Part shown: one piece after another, positions 22,607 to 32,634 of the stretch
How positions within the stretch are numbered: the stretch's first letter is position 1
Layout: every line of letters starts with the position of its first letter
Source: Pseudomonadota bacterium
GTDB lineage: Bacteria; Pseudomonadota; Alphaproteobacteria; Sphingomonadales; Sphingomonadaceae
Length of the DNA stretch: 64,000 nt
Direction of reading: 5' to 3'
NCBI GenBank assembly: GCA_041175505.1
Contig: JBEDET010000001.1
Coordinates: forward strand, 45,733 to 109,732
Notes under the pieces: generated by a model
What the model saw: only the letters and a program-made list of their open reading frames with translations
What the model was told of the DNA's origin: nothing
Databases searched by the model: none
Program-made: the position numbers and the translations under genes

Positions 22607-23791
22607 ATGCAGATTCATCCACTCATCTCCGACAGCAAACGTCTCGCAGAATTGTGCGCACGCCTTGCAAAATCCCCATTTGTTGCGGTTGATACCGAAT
22701 TTATGCGGGAAAACACCTATTATCCGGACCTCTGCCTCGTGCAGTTGGCGGACACGAACGAAGCGGCAGCGATTGATCCAAAGGCGGAGGGGCTGGACCT
22801 CACGCCAATGCTCGATCTGCTCTGCGCGAATGACGATGTTCTGAAAGTCTTTCATGCCGGTGGGCAGGACATTGAAATATTCTTCAACCTGACGGGCAAA
22901 ACGCCCTACCCCATGTTCGACACCCAAATCGCGGCCATGGCGCTCGGTCAGGGTGAGCAAATCGGTTATTCGAATTTGGTCGATCTGTGGATGGGCATTC
23001 AACTTGATAAAGGCGCGCGATTTACAGATTGGTCACGCCGTCCGCTCGACAAACGGCAAATCGATTATGCCATTGCCGACGTCACGCATTTATCGGCAAT
23101 ATTTCCGATGATGCTGGAAAAGCTAAAGATCACGGGCCGTGGCGCTTGGCTGAATGACGAAATGGAGCGCATTTCAGACGCCGCCAACTATCGCAATGAC
23201 CCCGAAAATGCGTGGTCCCGGATAAAGGTGCAATCGCGTAAGCCCGAGGTTTTAGGCCGGCTTCAGGCCATGGCGGCATGGCGCGAAAAGGAAGCGCAGC
23301 GTAAGAATATCCCGCGCGGGCGCATCATGAAAGACGAAACGCTTGCCGATATTGCGGCGCATCCGCCCAAGTCACAGGCGGATTTGCCCAAGGTGCGCGG
23401 ACTGTCGCCTGCTTGGCGCGACAATGACATCGGTGCGCGGCTGATCGCCGTTATCGAAGCAAGCCAGCCCATGGCACGCGACGATATGCCTGACCGCGGT
23501 AGATCGTCGCCCGGCGGCGGCAAAGACGGATCACTGGTCGCGGACCTGTTAAAGCTGTTGCTCAAAATCCGTTCGCGCGAAATCAATGTCGCACCGCGCC
23601 TCATCGTCCGGACCGAAGAACTGGAACGGCTGGCTGCGGGTGAGCGTGAAGACCTAGAAGTCCTGACCGGATGGCGGTTTGAACAATTCGGCCGCGATGC
23701 GCTTGATCTGGTCGAAGGCAGATTGGCGTTCGCAGTGGTGAATGGGAAATTGAAAATGACCCACACCCAAGAAGAAGAGATGGTCCGCTAA
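22607..23791 (+). CDS. rnd: Ribonuclease D
   Basis: VDTEFMRE, FDTQIAA and YAIADV (DEDDy), plus an HRDC domain. Start set at 22607. Confidence 0.94.
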   Translation: MQIHPLISDSKRLAELCARLAKSPFVAVDTEFMRENTYYPDLCLVQLADTNEAAAIDPKAEGLDLTPMLDLLCANDDVLKVFHAGGQDIEIFFNLTGKTPYPMFDTQIAAMALGQGEQIGYSNLVDLWMGIQLDKGARFTDWSRRPLDKRQIDYAIADVTHLSAIFPMMLEKLKITGRGAWLNDEMERISDAANYRNDPENAWSRIKVQSRKPEVLGRLQAMAAWREKEAQRKNIPRGRIMKDETLADIAAHPPKSQADLPKVRGLSPAWRDNDIGARLIAVIEASQPMARDDMPDRGRSSPGGGKDGSLVADLLKLLLKIRSREINVAPRLIVRTEELERLAAGEREDLEVLTGWRFEQFGRDALDLVEGRLAFAVVNGKLKMTHTQEEEMVR

Positions 23792-23821
23792 CAGGGCAAT
23801 CTCCGACGTCGTAGGTTGGAA

Positions 23822-24406
23822 TTAGCTTTCGAGAACCTTCTTTACCAAAGCGAGATTGACCGGGGCATTTTCCGCCAGCGCCAGTGCGTTTGCGGACCGT
23901 GCAAATTTTTCGATTGCACCATAACTCCGTTCAATCCGGCGCTTTACATAGCTTAACGCATCGATGCTGATTGCAGCCCCGCGATCAGCGAGCTGTTTTT
24001 GAATCAATTGCTCAATCATTTCATCGTCTGGCGGCGCAATGTCGAGCAGCAACGCAGAGCCCAGACGCGATTGCAGGTCGGGTAATGTGATGTTCCACTC
24101 CGAAGGCTGCCAACGCGAGATAAGCAATAACGGGACGCCGCTTTCCTGCGACCGGTTCCATGCGTTAAACAAGGTTTCCGCCGGACTTGCCTCTGCGTCG
24201 TCAATGACCGTGCCGTTTTGCCCCGAAAAATAGCGCGCCATCAGCGATTTTCCCGAGCGTGCAGGCCCCGTCAAAATCGCACAGCGCTTGGCCCAGCCAG
24301 GTGCGCTCGAAAGTCCTGCAAACGCGGTCGCGTTAGATTCTGTAATGATCAGGCTGGACGATGCGCCGCTGCGCAGTTCGTCCAATGGCAAAGCAATTTG
24401 GCGCAT
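23822..24406 (-). CDS. hdaA: HdaA/DnaA-family AAA+ protein
   Basis: N-terminal clamp-binding-like QIALPL, GPARSGKS Walker A, LPDLQSRL and IERSY. Confidence 0.82.
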   Translation of the reverse strand: MRQIALPLDELRSGASSSLIITESNATAFAGLSSAPGWAKRCAILTGPARSGKSLMARYFSGQNGTVIDDAEASPAETLFNAWNRSQESGVPLLLISRWQPSEWNITLPDLQSRLGSALLLDIAPPDDEMIEQLIQKQLADRGAAISIDALSYVKRRIERSYGAIEKFARSANALALAENAPVNLALVKKVLES

Positions 24407-24424
24407 AATGTTAGATGCTGGCGC

Positions 24425-25483
24425 TCATGGCCGTGGTGACGGCGGCGTAGGCGCACCAGAATTGCGCGCAGGTTCTGCGTCTTGCAACACCGACCTTACC
24501 ACATCATCCAAAGATTGCCGCGCAGGCTCTGCCCCATCGACAACCGACAGGTCTTCAGCTTCGCCCTCCAATTCCTCTTCCTCGACCACTTCGGGTTCAA
24601 GGACGAGCGAGGCATCCGCCCGCAATCGGCCAGAGGCGAGCGCGGACTGGAACAGTTGGTCCATCTTAATCACCGCCTGATCCATCATGCCCGGAATACC
24701 CGCGCTGTTGGCAACACGCAGGGTAAACGAGCCGAGATATTTATTATCCGGCCCGTATCGCGCAGAAAACCGTCCAATAATCGGGCCGCCGGGCCATTGC
24801 CGTTCGATACGCGCTATCGGGATGATAACGTCAGCCGCACCGAACTGGTCGAGGATCGTGCGCCACCAAATGCGGCTTCGGCGGTCTTTCTGGCCAGCGT
24901 TCAGTAACAACGATTCGCCGCCTGCCCCGCTTGGACGCACATAATCTATCGTGCTGTCAGCGGTGCGGTACTTCGCCCAACTGCGCTGCCATGATGTGCG
25001 CTGTTCAAATACCGTCGGCGCGCCTGCCGAGTAGGTAACAGGCAACAACAGCAACGGTGCAGAACGACGCGCCACGCCGCTGACGCCCAGCAATTGACCG
25101 GCACGGGCGCGGTCAAACAATACGCCCAGCTTTGCAACGTAACGGCGTGGGCCAATCTGCTCTTGCTCCACCACGATTGCGGCGACGATGCCGTCCAAAG
25201 TCGAATCGGATAGGCCCGCGCCAACAGTTCCATGGGTTTTGCGCCACAATGCCGACCAGGCGATCCGCTGCGCCTGTTCCCAACCCTTTTGCCGTGCATC
25301 AAACGCGTTGTTGCCGACAACATTCACAGAGACGCCGGTCACTTCAAAATCACCAGCGCTTGCGATTGGCGCGATGCCGCGCTTTGGACCTTCGATTTGC
25401 GCGGCAACGATTCCGCCACCAATCAGCGCCAAAGGCAAGCCAATCGCTGCAATCTGAAACCATTTTCCGCGAGAATTTGTCAT
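24425..25483 (-). CDS. Conserved membrane-anchored hypothetical protein between purM and hdaA
   Basis: Long ORF with a single N-terminal TM segment and an acidic C-terminal tail, co-oriented with hdaA. Confidence 0.75.
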   Translation of the reverse strand: MTNSRGKWFQIAAIGLPLALIGGGIVAAQIEGPKRGIAPIASAGDFEVTGVSVNVVGNNAFDARQKGWEQAQRIAWSALWRKTHGTVGAGLSDSTLDGIVAAIVVEQEQIGPRRYVAKLGVLFDRARAGQLLGVSGVARRSAPLLLLPVTYSAGAPTVFEQRTSWQRSWAKYRTADSTIDYVRPSGAGGESLLLNAGQKDRRSRIWWRTILDQFGAADVIIPIARIERQWPGGPIIGRFSARYGPDNKYLGSFTLRVANSAGIPGMMDQAVIKMDQLFQSALASGRLRADASLVLEPEVVEEEELEGEAEDLSVVDGAEPARQSLDDVVRSVLQDAEPARNSGAPTPPSPRP

Positions 25484-25544
25484 TAACGCACCTTTAGGCG
25501 ACATAGACGTGGAATTCCAACCCTGTTCTCGCTAACGGCGACAA

Positions 25545-26651
25545 ATGGACGCAAAAGAACAAAAGCCCGAATCTTACACCTACGCCAAGGCGGGTGTTTC
25601 CATTGAAACCGGTAACGCGCTCGTGCGCGCGATTGCGCCGCTGGCAAAATCGACCCGGCGCGCTGGCGCGGATGCCGATCTTGGCGGCTTTGGCGGGTTT
25701 TTCGACCTCAAGGCAGCAGGCTTTAATGATCCACTTTTGGTCGCCGCAAATGACGGTGTCGGAACGAAGCTGAAACTGGCCATCGAATCCGGTCGCCATG
25801 AAGGCGTCGGCATTGATCTTGTCGCGATGTGCGCAAATGACTTGATCGTGCAAGGCGCAGAGCCGCTTTTCTTCCTTGATTATTATGCCACCGGCAAACT
25901 CGACAACGCAGTGGCCACCTCTGTTGTCGCGAGCATTGCCGAGGGCTGCAAGCAAGCCGGATGCGCGCTGATTGGCGGCGAGACGGCGGAAATGCCGGGC
26001 ATGTATTCCGAAGGCGACTATGACCTTGCCGGTTTCTGCGTCGGCGCGGTGGAGCGCGACCAGGTGCTGACGGCAGATAAGGTCGCGGCAGGCGACGTCA
26101 TTCTGGGCCTTGCATCATCCGGCGTGCATTCCAACGGTTTCTCACTCGTTCGGCGGCTTGCCGCAGACAAGGGCTGGAAACTCGACCGTCCGGCCATTTT
26201 CGACCAGAATGTCATTCTTATCGACGCACTGATGGCGCCGACCCGCATATACGTAAAATCGCTGCTGCCGATGGTCCGCACCGGTAAGATCCACGCGATG
26301 GCGCATATCACCGGCGGTGGCTTGCTTGAGAATATCCCGCGTATCCTGCCGGACGGTTTGCACGCACATGTCGATGCAGACGCATGGCAACAACCTCGCT
26401 TGATGGCGTTCTTGCAAGCGCAAGGTCATATCGAGCCGGAGGAAATGGCCCGCACATTCAACTGCGGCATCGGCATGGCGGTGGTTGTCGATGAAACCGA
26501 AGTCGCGGGCGTAACCGCCGCGCTTGAGGCAGCTGGAGAAACAGTATTCCGCATCGGACATATTGCAGCCGGTGAAAAAGGCTGCACGGTTACCGGCAGC
26601 ATCGAAACGTGGAGCGCCAAAGCCGATTGGACTGCGACCCATCATGGCTAA
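25545..26651 (+). CDS. purM: Phosphoribosylformylglycinamidine cyclo-ligase
   Basis: [22 protein letters not shown] and HITGGG. Confidence 0.97.
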   Translation: MDAKEQKPESYTYAKAGVSIETGNALVRAIAPLAKSTRRAGADADLGGFGGFFDLKAAGFNDPLLVAANDGVGTKLKLAIESGRHEGVGIDLVAMCANDLIVQGAEPLFFLDYYATGKLDNAVATSVVASIAEGCKQAGCALIGGETAEMPGMYSEGDYDLAGFCVGAVERDQVLTADKVAAGDVILGLASSGVHSNGFSLVRRLAADKGWKLDRPAIFDQNVILIDALMAPTRIYVKSLLPMVRTGKIHAMAHITGGGLLENIPRILPDGLHAHVDADAWQQPRLMAFLQAQGHIEPEEMARTFNCGIGMAVVVDETEVAGVTAALEAAGETVFRIGHIAAGEKGCTVTGSIETWSAKADWTATHHG

Positions 26652-27594
26652 GGCGCGTGTTGCGGTCCTTATTTCCGGCGGCGGCACCAATATGGCTGCG
26701 TTGTTATATGCCGCAAAACGCCCAGATAGCCCATATGAAGTTGTTCTGGTCGCCAGCAACAATCCCGACGCAGAAGGGTTGAAGCTTGCACAAGCCGAAG
26801 GCGTCGCCACGTTCGCACAATCGCACGTTGGTCTTAAGCGGGCTGATCATGACGAAATAATGCATAATCACATTACCAAAGCGGGGGCGGCTTATGTCGT
26901 GCTTGCGGGGTATATGCGGATATTGAGCGAAAACTTCGTCGAAAAATGGGACGGCAGGATGCTGAATATCCACCCATCCCTATTGCCCAAATATACAGGG
27001 CTACACACCCACCAGCGCGCGATTGACGCAGGCGACAGTATCGCTGGTTGCAGCGTACACCTTGTCACGGCCGACCTTGATGAAGGCCCTCTTCTTGGCC
27101 AGATGGAGGTCGCCGTTTTGCCCGGTGACACCGCCGATTCATTGGCGGAGCGCGTCAAGATTGCCGAGCATCAATTATATCCGCGGACGCTGGCCGACTA
27201 TGTTTCGCGGGCAACCAACCCCGATTATCTGACATCAAAAGTGCGCAAAATCGCGCTGGCCCAGCCAGAGGCCGATGAAGTGGTATCGCATGGAATGCCG
27301 TGCTTTGGCATCGTCGGCGGCAAGAAATTCGCTTATGTTTCCATCGACCATCATGGCGACGGGAAAATCGCGCTCTTGGTCAAAATTAGCGGCATCGAAG
27401 AACAGGCGATGCTGATCGATAGCGATGATGCAAGATATTACCGCCCCGCTTATTTCGGCGATGGCTGGGTCGGCATCCGGCTCGACCTGGGCGATACCGA
27501 TTGGGACCATATCGGCGAATGGATCGACAAAAGCTGGCGCGCCGTTGCGCCAAAAAAGCTTACGAAATTTCTGGATATACTCGGCTCGGCCTAA
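26644..27594 (+). CDS. purN: Phosphoribosylglycinamide formyltransferase fused to a C-terminal YjbR/MmcQ-like domain
   Basis: [25 protein letters not shown] and EHQLYP, then ~125 extra aa (SHGMPCF...KKFAY...[15 protein letters not shown]...W) with no intervening stop. Confidence 0.9.
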   Translation: MAKARVAVLISGGGTNMAALLYAAKRPDSPYEVVLVASNNPDAEGLKLAQAEGVATFAQSHVGLKRADHDEIMHNHITKAGAAYVVLAGYMRILSENFVEKWDGRMLNIHPSLLPKYTGLHTHQRAIDAGDSIAGCSVHLVTADLDEGPLLGQMEVAVLPGDTADSLAERVKIAEHQLYPRTLADYVSRATNPDYLTSKVRKIALAQPEADEVVSHGMPCFGIVGGKKFAYVSIDHHGDGKIALLVKISGIEEQAMLIDSDDARYYRPAYFGDGWVGIRLDLGDTDWDHIGEWIDKSWRAVAPKKLTKFLDILGSA

Positions 27595-27672
27595 TCGGTT
27601 GCTGGCCTCTTAGGCTTTTTCGAAGTCGATCTCGACTTTTCAGAAAAATTGCAACTGCGCCAAGTTAGGAAC

Positions 27673-27709
27673 ATTGATACCAAGCGCGAGCTTCGCGCTT
27701 GGTATCAAT
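27673..27709. terminator. Perfect 17-bp inverted repeat between convergent purN and ndk (probable bidirectional terminator)
   Basis: ATTGATACCAAGCGCGA-GCT-TCGCGCTTGGTATCAAT. Confidence 0.65.
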
Positions 27710-27729
27710 TAATCTTTGATTGATCGGGT

Positions 27730-28152
27730 TTAGCCGACGATTTCTTCTGGCTTGAAGAAATACGCAATTTCAATCGCTGCGTTTTCGTCGCTGTCCGAAC
27801 CGTGGACGCTGTTCGCTTCGATGCTTTCCGCCAGTTCCTTACGGATCGTGCCGGGTTCAGCATTGGCAGGGTTGGTCGCGCCCATGATGTCGCGGTTACG
27901 CTGCATGGCGTTTTCGCCTTCAAGAACCTGAACGACGACTGGGCCGCTGATCATGAAATCGACGAGTTCGCCAAAGAATGGGCGTTCTTTGTGAACGGCG
28001 TAGAAGCCTTCGGCCTGTTCGCGGGTCATGTGGATACGCTTTGAAGCAACGACGCGCAGGCCGGCTTCTTCAAGCATCTTGGTGACTGCGCCAGTCAGGT
28101 TGCGACGCGTTGCGTCAGGCTTGATGATCGAAAAAGTGCGGGTAACCGACAT
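27730..28152 (-). CDS. ndk: Nucleoside diphosphate kinase
   Basis: [17 protein letters not shown] and NSVHGSDS. Confidence 0.97.
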   Translation of the reverse strand: MSVTRTFSIIKPDATRRNLTGAVTKMLEEAGLRVVASKRIHMTREQAEGFYAVHKERPFFGELVDFMISGPVVVQVLEGENAMQRNRDIMGATNPANAEPGTIRKELAESIEANSVHGSDSDENAAIEIAYFFKPEEIVG

Positions 28153-28219
28153 GAAAAGCTCCATATTTGTAGGGGGAATTTGGCGCGCATCTAACGTCGC
28201 TGCACGTTGAGTGCAAGCT

Positions 28220-28651
28220 TTATGGGCCTTGAACCCATTTGCCGCCGTCCTGTTTCCAATAGCGGCGCTCTACCCCATCGCCCAATGTCCGCCATGCCGA
28301 CCGCGCATTGTCGGTCTGCTCCGGTGGAAAAAGATAAAAGATCCGCTCAAAATCTTGGGTAACCGCACGCCAATTACCGTCAGCCAGCGCAACAAATTTG
28401 GCGTCATTTGGTGCATCGGTATCCTGCGACAACAATATCGGCTGAAGTGCATCATCGCCCTCCCCCGATTTTGCGTGCGCTAAAAAGCTGTCCGCCCGTG
28501 CGGTCCACAACGCGCCAGAGATCGCATCCAGTTGGCCCGCATCATCACTGATAATCAGCAACCGCCCTTTATTGTCCAAGATTCGCTGGGCAATGGCAGG
28601 CAGAACTTTTTCAGCAGGATCGCGTGTGAGTTGATAAAAATCGACCTGCAT
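28220..28651 (-). CDS. holC: DNA polymerase III subunit chi
   Basis: [11 protein letters not shown]...SFLAH and YWKQ; downstream of pepA. Confidence 0.9.
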   Translation of the reverse strand: MQVDFYQLTRDPAEKVLPAIAQRILDNKGRLLIISDDAGQLDAISGALWTARADSFLAHAKSGEGDDALQPILLSQDTDAPNDAKFVALADGNWRAVTQDFERIFYLFPPEQTDNARSAWRTLGDGVERRYWKQDGGKWVQGP

Positions 28652-28663
28652 GTCGCGGCAACA

Positions 28664-30121
28664 TCAACCTTCGAAATTATCTGCGACAAACCGGTCAAGC
28701 AAACGCACGCCAAAGCCGGTTGCGCCCTTGTCCCACACGGGCCCCGCTTTATCTGCCCATACGGTCCCGGCTATGTCCAAATGTGCCCATTTTACGCCGT
28801 CCTTGATGAAACGGCCCAGGAATTGTGCAGCGGTGATGGAACCAGCGCCCTTGCCGCCGATATTCTTCATGTCGGCAATCGGGCTGTCGATCATTTTGTC
28901 ATAGGCCTTCGAAAGCGGGAAACGCCACAGCGGGTCGCCAGAGGCGTTACCAGCGGCGGTCAACTTGTCGGCGAGTTCATCGCTGTTCGAAAACAGGCCT
29001 GCATATTCACTGCCCAGCGATACGATAATCGCGCCGGTCAATGTTGCGAGATCGACAATATATTCGGGGTTATATCTTTCCTGAACCCAATGCAGCGCAT
29101 CACACAGCACCAGACGCCCTTCGGCGTCGGTATTCAGCACCTCAATGGTTTGGCCGGACATGGATGTCACAATGTCACCGGGGCGCTGCGCGTTACCGTC
29201 AGGCATGTTCTCCACAAGGCCACAGACGCCGACAACATACGCCTTCGCCTTACGTCCCGCGAGCGCTTTCATCGCGCCTGCAACAGCGCCTGCGCCGCCC
29301 ATATCCCACTTCATATCTTCCATGCCCGCGGCTGGCTTGATGGAAATGCCGCCGGTATCGAACGTTACGCCCTTGCCGACCAAAGCAACGGGACGTTCTT
29401 GCGAACCGCCAGTACCGTCCCACTTCATCACGAGCAAACGGGCCGGACGACGTGAGCCTTGTGCGACGCCAAGCAGCGCGCCCATTCCAAGCGCAGCCAT
29501 GTCCTTGTCATCAAGCACGCTGATTTCGACGCCAAGCTCCGCAAGATGCTTGCAGCGTTCAACAAAGCTTTCCGGATAAATGATGTTCGCGGGTTCGGTG
29601 ACCAGTTCCTTGGTCAAAGCAACGCCTTCAGCGATTGCATGATAGCTCGGCCACAGCGTGCTTGCGTCTGCAGGCGCGCTTGCGACCGTCAATGTTTCCA
29701 CCGTCGGCTTTGACGTTTCAGCCAATTTTGTGCGGTACTTGTCCATGCGCCAATTGCGCAATGTTGCACCATAAGCCGTCTCTGCGGCCGCTTTCGCGCT
29801 GAGGTTCGCACCATGAATGGCAATATGTTTGGCGCCCGATGTCTGAACCTTGGCAACAATGTCGCCGCCGGCCTTTTGATAATCGCCGGCTTCACCATCC
29901 GCGACACCGACCAAAATGATCCGAACAAGCTTCCCGCCCTCTTCGTTGATGAGCAGAAAGCTTTGCCCTGCCGCACCTTCGAAACGCGCCAACTTTGCGG
30001 TCGCGTGCACGATGTCGCTATTTTCCAAAGGAAATGTGAAGTCGGCGAAGGTAGTTTTTGTTACGATGAACGCGAGGACGTCGGCATCTTGGGGGCGTGC
30101 ATCGGAAAAATTGATCTTCAT
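28664..30121 (-). CDS. pepA: Leucyl aminopeptidase (M17)
   Basis: GKGVTFDTGG, MKWDMGG, NTDAEGRLVL and HLDIAG. Confidence 0.97.
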   Translation of the reverse strand: MKINFSDARPQDADVLAFIVTKTTFADFTFPLENSDIVHATAKLARFEGAAGQSFLLINEEGGKLVRIILVGVADGEAGDYQKAGGDIVAKVQTSGAKHIAIHGANLSAKAAAETAYGATLRNWRMDKYRTKLAETSKPTVETLTVASAPADASTLWPSYHAIAEGVALTKELVTEPANIIYPESFVERCKHLAELGVEISVLDDKDMAALGMGALLGVAQGSRRPARLLVMKWDGTGGSQERPVALVGKGVTFDTGGISIKPAAGMEDMKWDMGGAGAVAGAMKALAGRKAKAYVVGVCGLVENMPDGNAQRPGDIVTSMSGQTIEVLNTDAEGRLVLCDALHWVQERYNPEYIVDLATLTGAIIVSLGSEYAGLFSNSDELADKLTAAGNASGDPLWRFPLSKAYDKMIDSPIADMKNIGGKGAGSITAAQFLGRFIKDGVKWAHLDIAGTVWADKAGPVWDKGATGFGVRLLDRFVADNFEG

Positions 30122-30297
30122 GGAAATGATATGCCTTTTTGCGGATAACGGGTTTTAAGGGTCTATAGGCCTAATTCACCCTTGGATTAAAGCAAAAGAT
30201 AGGGGATAAATTCCCACGGTTAATCGCAAATACAGCGTTAAATAGGATGATGGGTGGACCCAATGCGATAGCGGCGATAAAGGACTGCACGGTTTTT

Positions 30298-32529
30298 ATG
30301 AACATCCCCGCCACCCGCACCTTTTTATCGCGCTTTTTGCTTGTTCCGATTTTCATCGGTTGCGGGTCTGTGTCCTCGTTCGCATTTGCCGAAACGGGGC
30401 CCTCAGCGGCAGCCGCACAAGAGGCCAGCGGCCAAATCGAATTCGATGCTGCTGTTGTTGAATATGACTCCAACACCGAAACCGTCACCGCAAAAGGCAA
30501 TGTGATTGTCAGCCGCGAAGGCTATACGGTGCGCGCGGACAATATCATCTGGGACCGCAAAAGCGGTCGTGTTTTCGCTGAAGGCGCGATCCGCGCAATC
30601 GGCCCAGAAGGCGACGTCGCCTATGGTGACAAGATTGAACTCACCGATGCACTGAAAGACGGCGTCATCGACAATCTTCTTGTCGTTTTGGCGGACGAAA
30701 GCCGGCTGGCCGCCAAACGCGGTGGGCGGAAAGATGGCATTTATACGCTAGATTATGCGGCATATACGGCGTGCAAAGTTATCGGCACGGACGGCTGTCC
30801 AAAAAGACCGAGCTGGGAAGTCAAAGCGGTTAAGGTCGTTTACGACCCCAGCAAAAAACGCGTCGTTTACAAAGGCGCCCGGATCGAACTGTTTGGTCTG
30901 CCGGTCATTCCACTGCCATTTCTGTCGCACCCGGTAGACGCCAAAGCTGGCAGCGGCTTTCTGGTACCCAGCATCGGTTTTTCTCGGAATAACGGCGCTG
31001 AGCTTGAGCAATCCTATTATTGGCGCATATCCGAAAATCGGGATGCGACCGCAGCGATAACCGCTTTTACCGGCGCAGCCCCCTTGGGCAGGCTCAATTT
31101 CCGGACGCTGGAAAAAAATGGTGCGATCGATCTGGCTGCATACGGAACCTATAGTAACCGTATTACCACCAGCGGCACCTCGACACCTGTCGGCGCAGAT
31201 GTGTTCCGCGGGTATCTCGAAGGCGCAGGCAAGTTCCAGTTCGACCCCAACTGGTCTGTTTCAGCATCGGGCCGTTATGCTTCGGATCGCACGTTTTTGC
31301 GGCGTTATGACATTAGCCGAGATGACAGACTCCGTTCAACTTTTGCGGCCGAACGCATTGACGCCAAGAGTTATTTCTCGCTTGCAGGCTGGGCTGTTCA
31401 GACCCTACGCACGGGTGATCGCCAAGGTCTAGCGCCAATCGCCCTGCCCGAAATTGATTACCGACTGCGCATGGATGCACCTATTGTCGGCGGTACAATC
31501 CAGCTTCAAGCCAACAGCCTCGCCATCGGCCGGACCGAGGGCCAGGACACGCAGCGCGCATTTTCGTCCGCCAAATGGGATCTGCGCAAAATAACCGCGC
31601 TTGGGCAGGAACTAACGCTCACCGCGCTCGCGCGCGGGGATGTGTACCATAGCGACGAAAATGCCAGCACGCTGACCGCGATATACCGCGGAGATTCAGG
31701 GTGGCAGCACCGCGCCATTTTCGCCACTGCGGCTGATATTAAATGGCCTTTTGTCGGACAAGCCTTTGGCGGCACGCAAATTCTTACGCCCCGCGTCCAA
31801 ATGGTCGCAGCGCCGTCGATTTCCAATTTGAACATTCCAAATGAAGATGCGCGCGCCGTGGATTTGGAAGACAGCAACCTGTTCGCGCTGAACCGATTCC
31901 CCGGCTACGACCGTTTTGAAGACGACCTGCGCATTACATACGGGTTCGACTGGGCATTACGCAAATCAGACTTTACCGCTAACATCAACCTGGGTCAAAG
32001 TTACCGCCTGTCTGACCGGGGGTCGATTTTCCCTGATGGAACCGGCCTATCTGACAAAGCATCGGACATTGTCGGCAGGTCCGAATTTCGGTTCAAAGAC
32101 TTGGTGAAACTCACACACCGCTTCCGTCTCGATAAAGACAATTTGTCGATACGCCGTAATGAGGTCGATGCCACAATAGGATCACGCGGCACATATGTTC
32201 AGGCGGGTTATCTGAAGCTCAATCGCAATATTGGCCCGACGCTCGAAGACCTCACTGACCGCGAAGAAATTCGTTTGGCAGGACGCGTGCGTGTTGCACG
32301 ATTCTGGTCGGTATTTGGATCCACAATTGTTGATTTGACCGACACTGCAGAGGATCCGACGAGCATTTCCGATGGCTTCGACCCCATCCGGCACCGGCTT
32401 GGCATTTCCTATGATGACGACTGCTTGTCGTTAAGCCTGGCGTGGCGACGCGACTATCAGCCTGTCGGAGATTCGCAGCGTGGAAACAGCTTTCTGTTCC
32501 GTCTGGCATTTCGCAATCTCGGTGTGTAA
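30298..32529 (+). CDS. lptD: LPS-assembly protein LptD homolog
   Basis: OstA-like N-terminus, YTAC, beta-barrel with a C-terminal aromatic pattern, and position in the lptD-surA-pdxA-rsmA operon. The start could be 30247. Confidence 0.9.
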   Translation: MNIPATRTFLSRFLLVPIFIGCGSVSSFAFAETGPSAAAAQEASGQIEFDAAVVEYDSNTETVTAKGNVIVSREGYTVRADNIIWDRKSGRVFAEGAIRAIGPEGDVAYGDKIELTDALKDGVIDNLLVVLADESRLAAKRGGRKDGIYTLDYAAYTACKVIGTDGCPKRPSWEVKAVKVVYDPSKKRVVYKGARIELFGLPVIPLPFLSHPVDAKAGSGFLVPSIGFSRNNGAELEQSYYWRISENRDATAAITAFTGAAPLGRLNFRTLEKNGAIDLAAYGTYSNRITTSGTSTPVGADVFRGYLEGAGKFQFDPNWSVSASGRYASDRTFLRRYDISRDDRLRSTFAAERIDAKSYFSLAGWAVQTLRTGDRQGLAPIALPEIDYRLRMDAPIVGGTIQLQANSLAIGRTEGQDTQRAFSSAKWDLRKITALGQELTLTALARGDVYHSDENASTLTAIYRGDSGWQHRAIFATAADIKWPFVGQAFGGTQILTPRVQMVAAPSISNLNIPNEDARAVDLEDSNLFALNRFPGYDRFEDDLRITYGFDWALRKSDFTANINLGQSYRLSDRGSIFPDGTGLSDKASDIVGRSEFRFKDLVKLTHRFRLDKDNLSIRRNEVDATIGSRGTYVQAGYLKLNRNIGPTLEDLTDREEIRLAGRVRVARFWSVFGSTIVDLTDTAEDPTSISDGFDPIRHRLGISYDDDCLSLSLAWRRDYQPVGDSQRGNSFLFRLAFRNLGV

Positions 32530-32634
32530 AGCATCCGGAATAAATTCGCGGAGAAGGATGATACTGCTCATCTGCTGTTCAGCAGTGCCTGGTTACCCGT
32601 CCCCTCGAACTGTCTGTGTACTGGATGTAAATCA

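Noticed and set aside
27610-27639. Minus-strand peptide KVEIDFEKA* that looks like a protein C-terminus
   Set aside because: Only nine codons, preceded by a stop, and overlapping a hairpin; not enough evidence for a gene remnant.
28532-29455. 307-aa ORF opposite pepA/holC
   Set aside because: Antisense shadow ORF.
30187-30241. CtrA site upstream of lptD
   Set aside because: TTAA tetramers are 29 and 14 nt apart, not 7.
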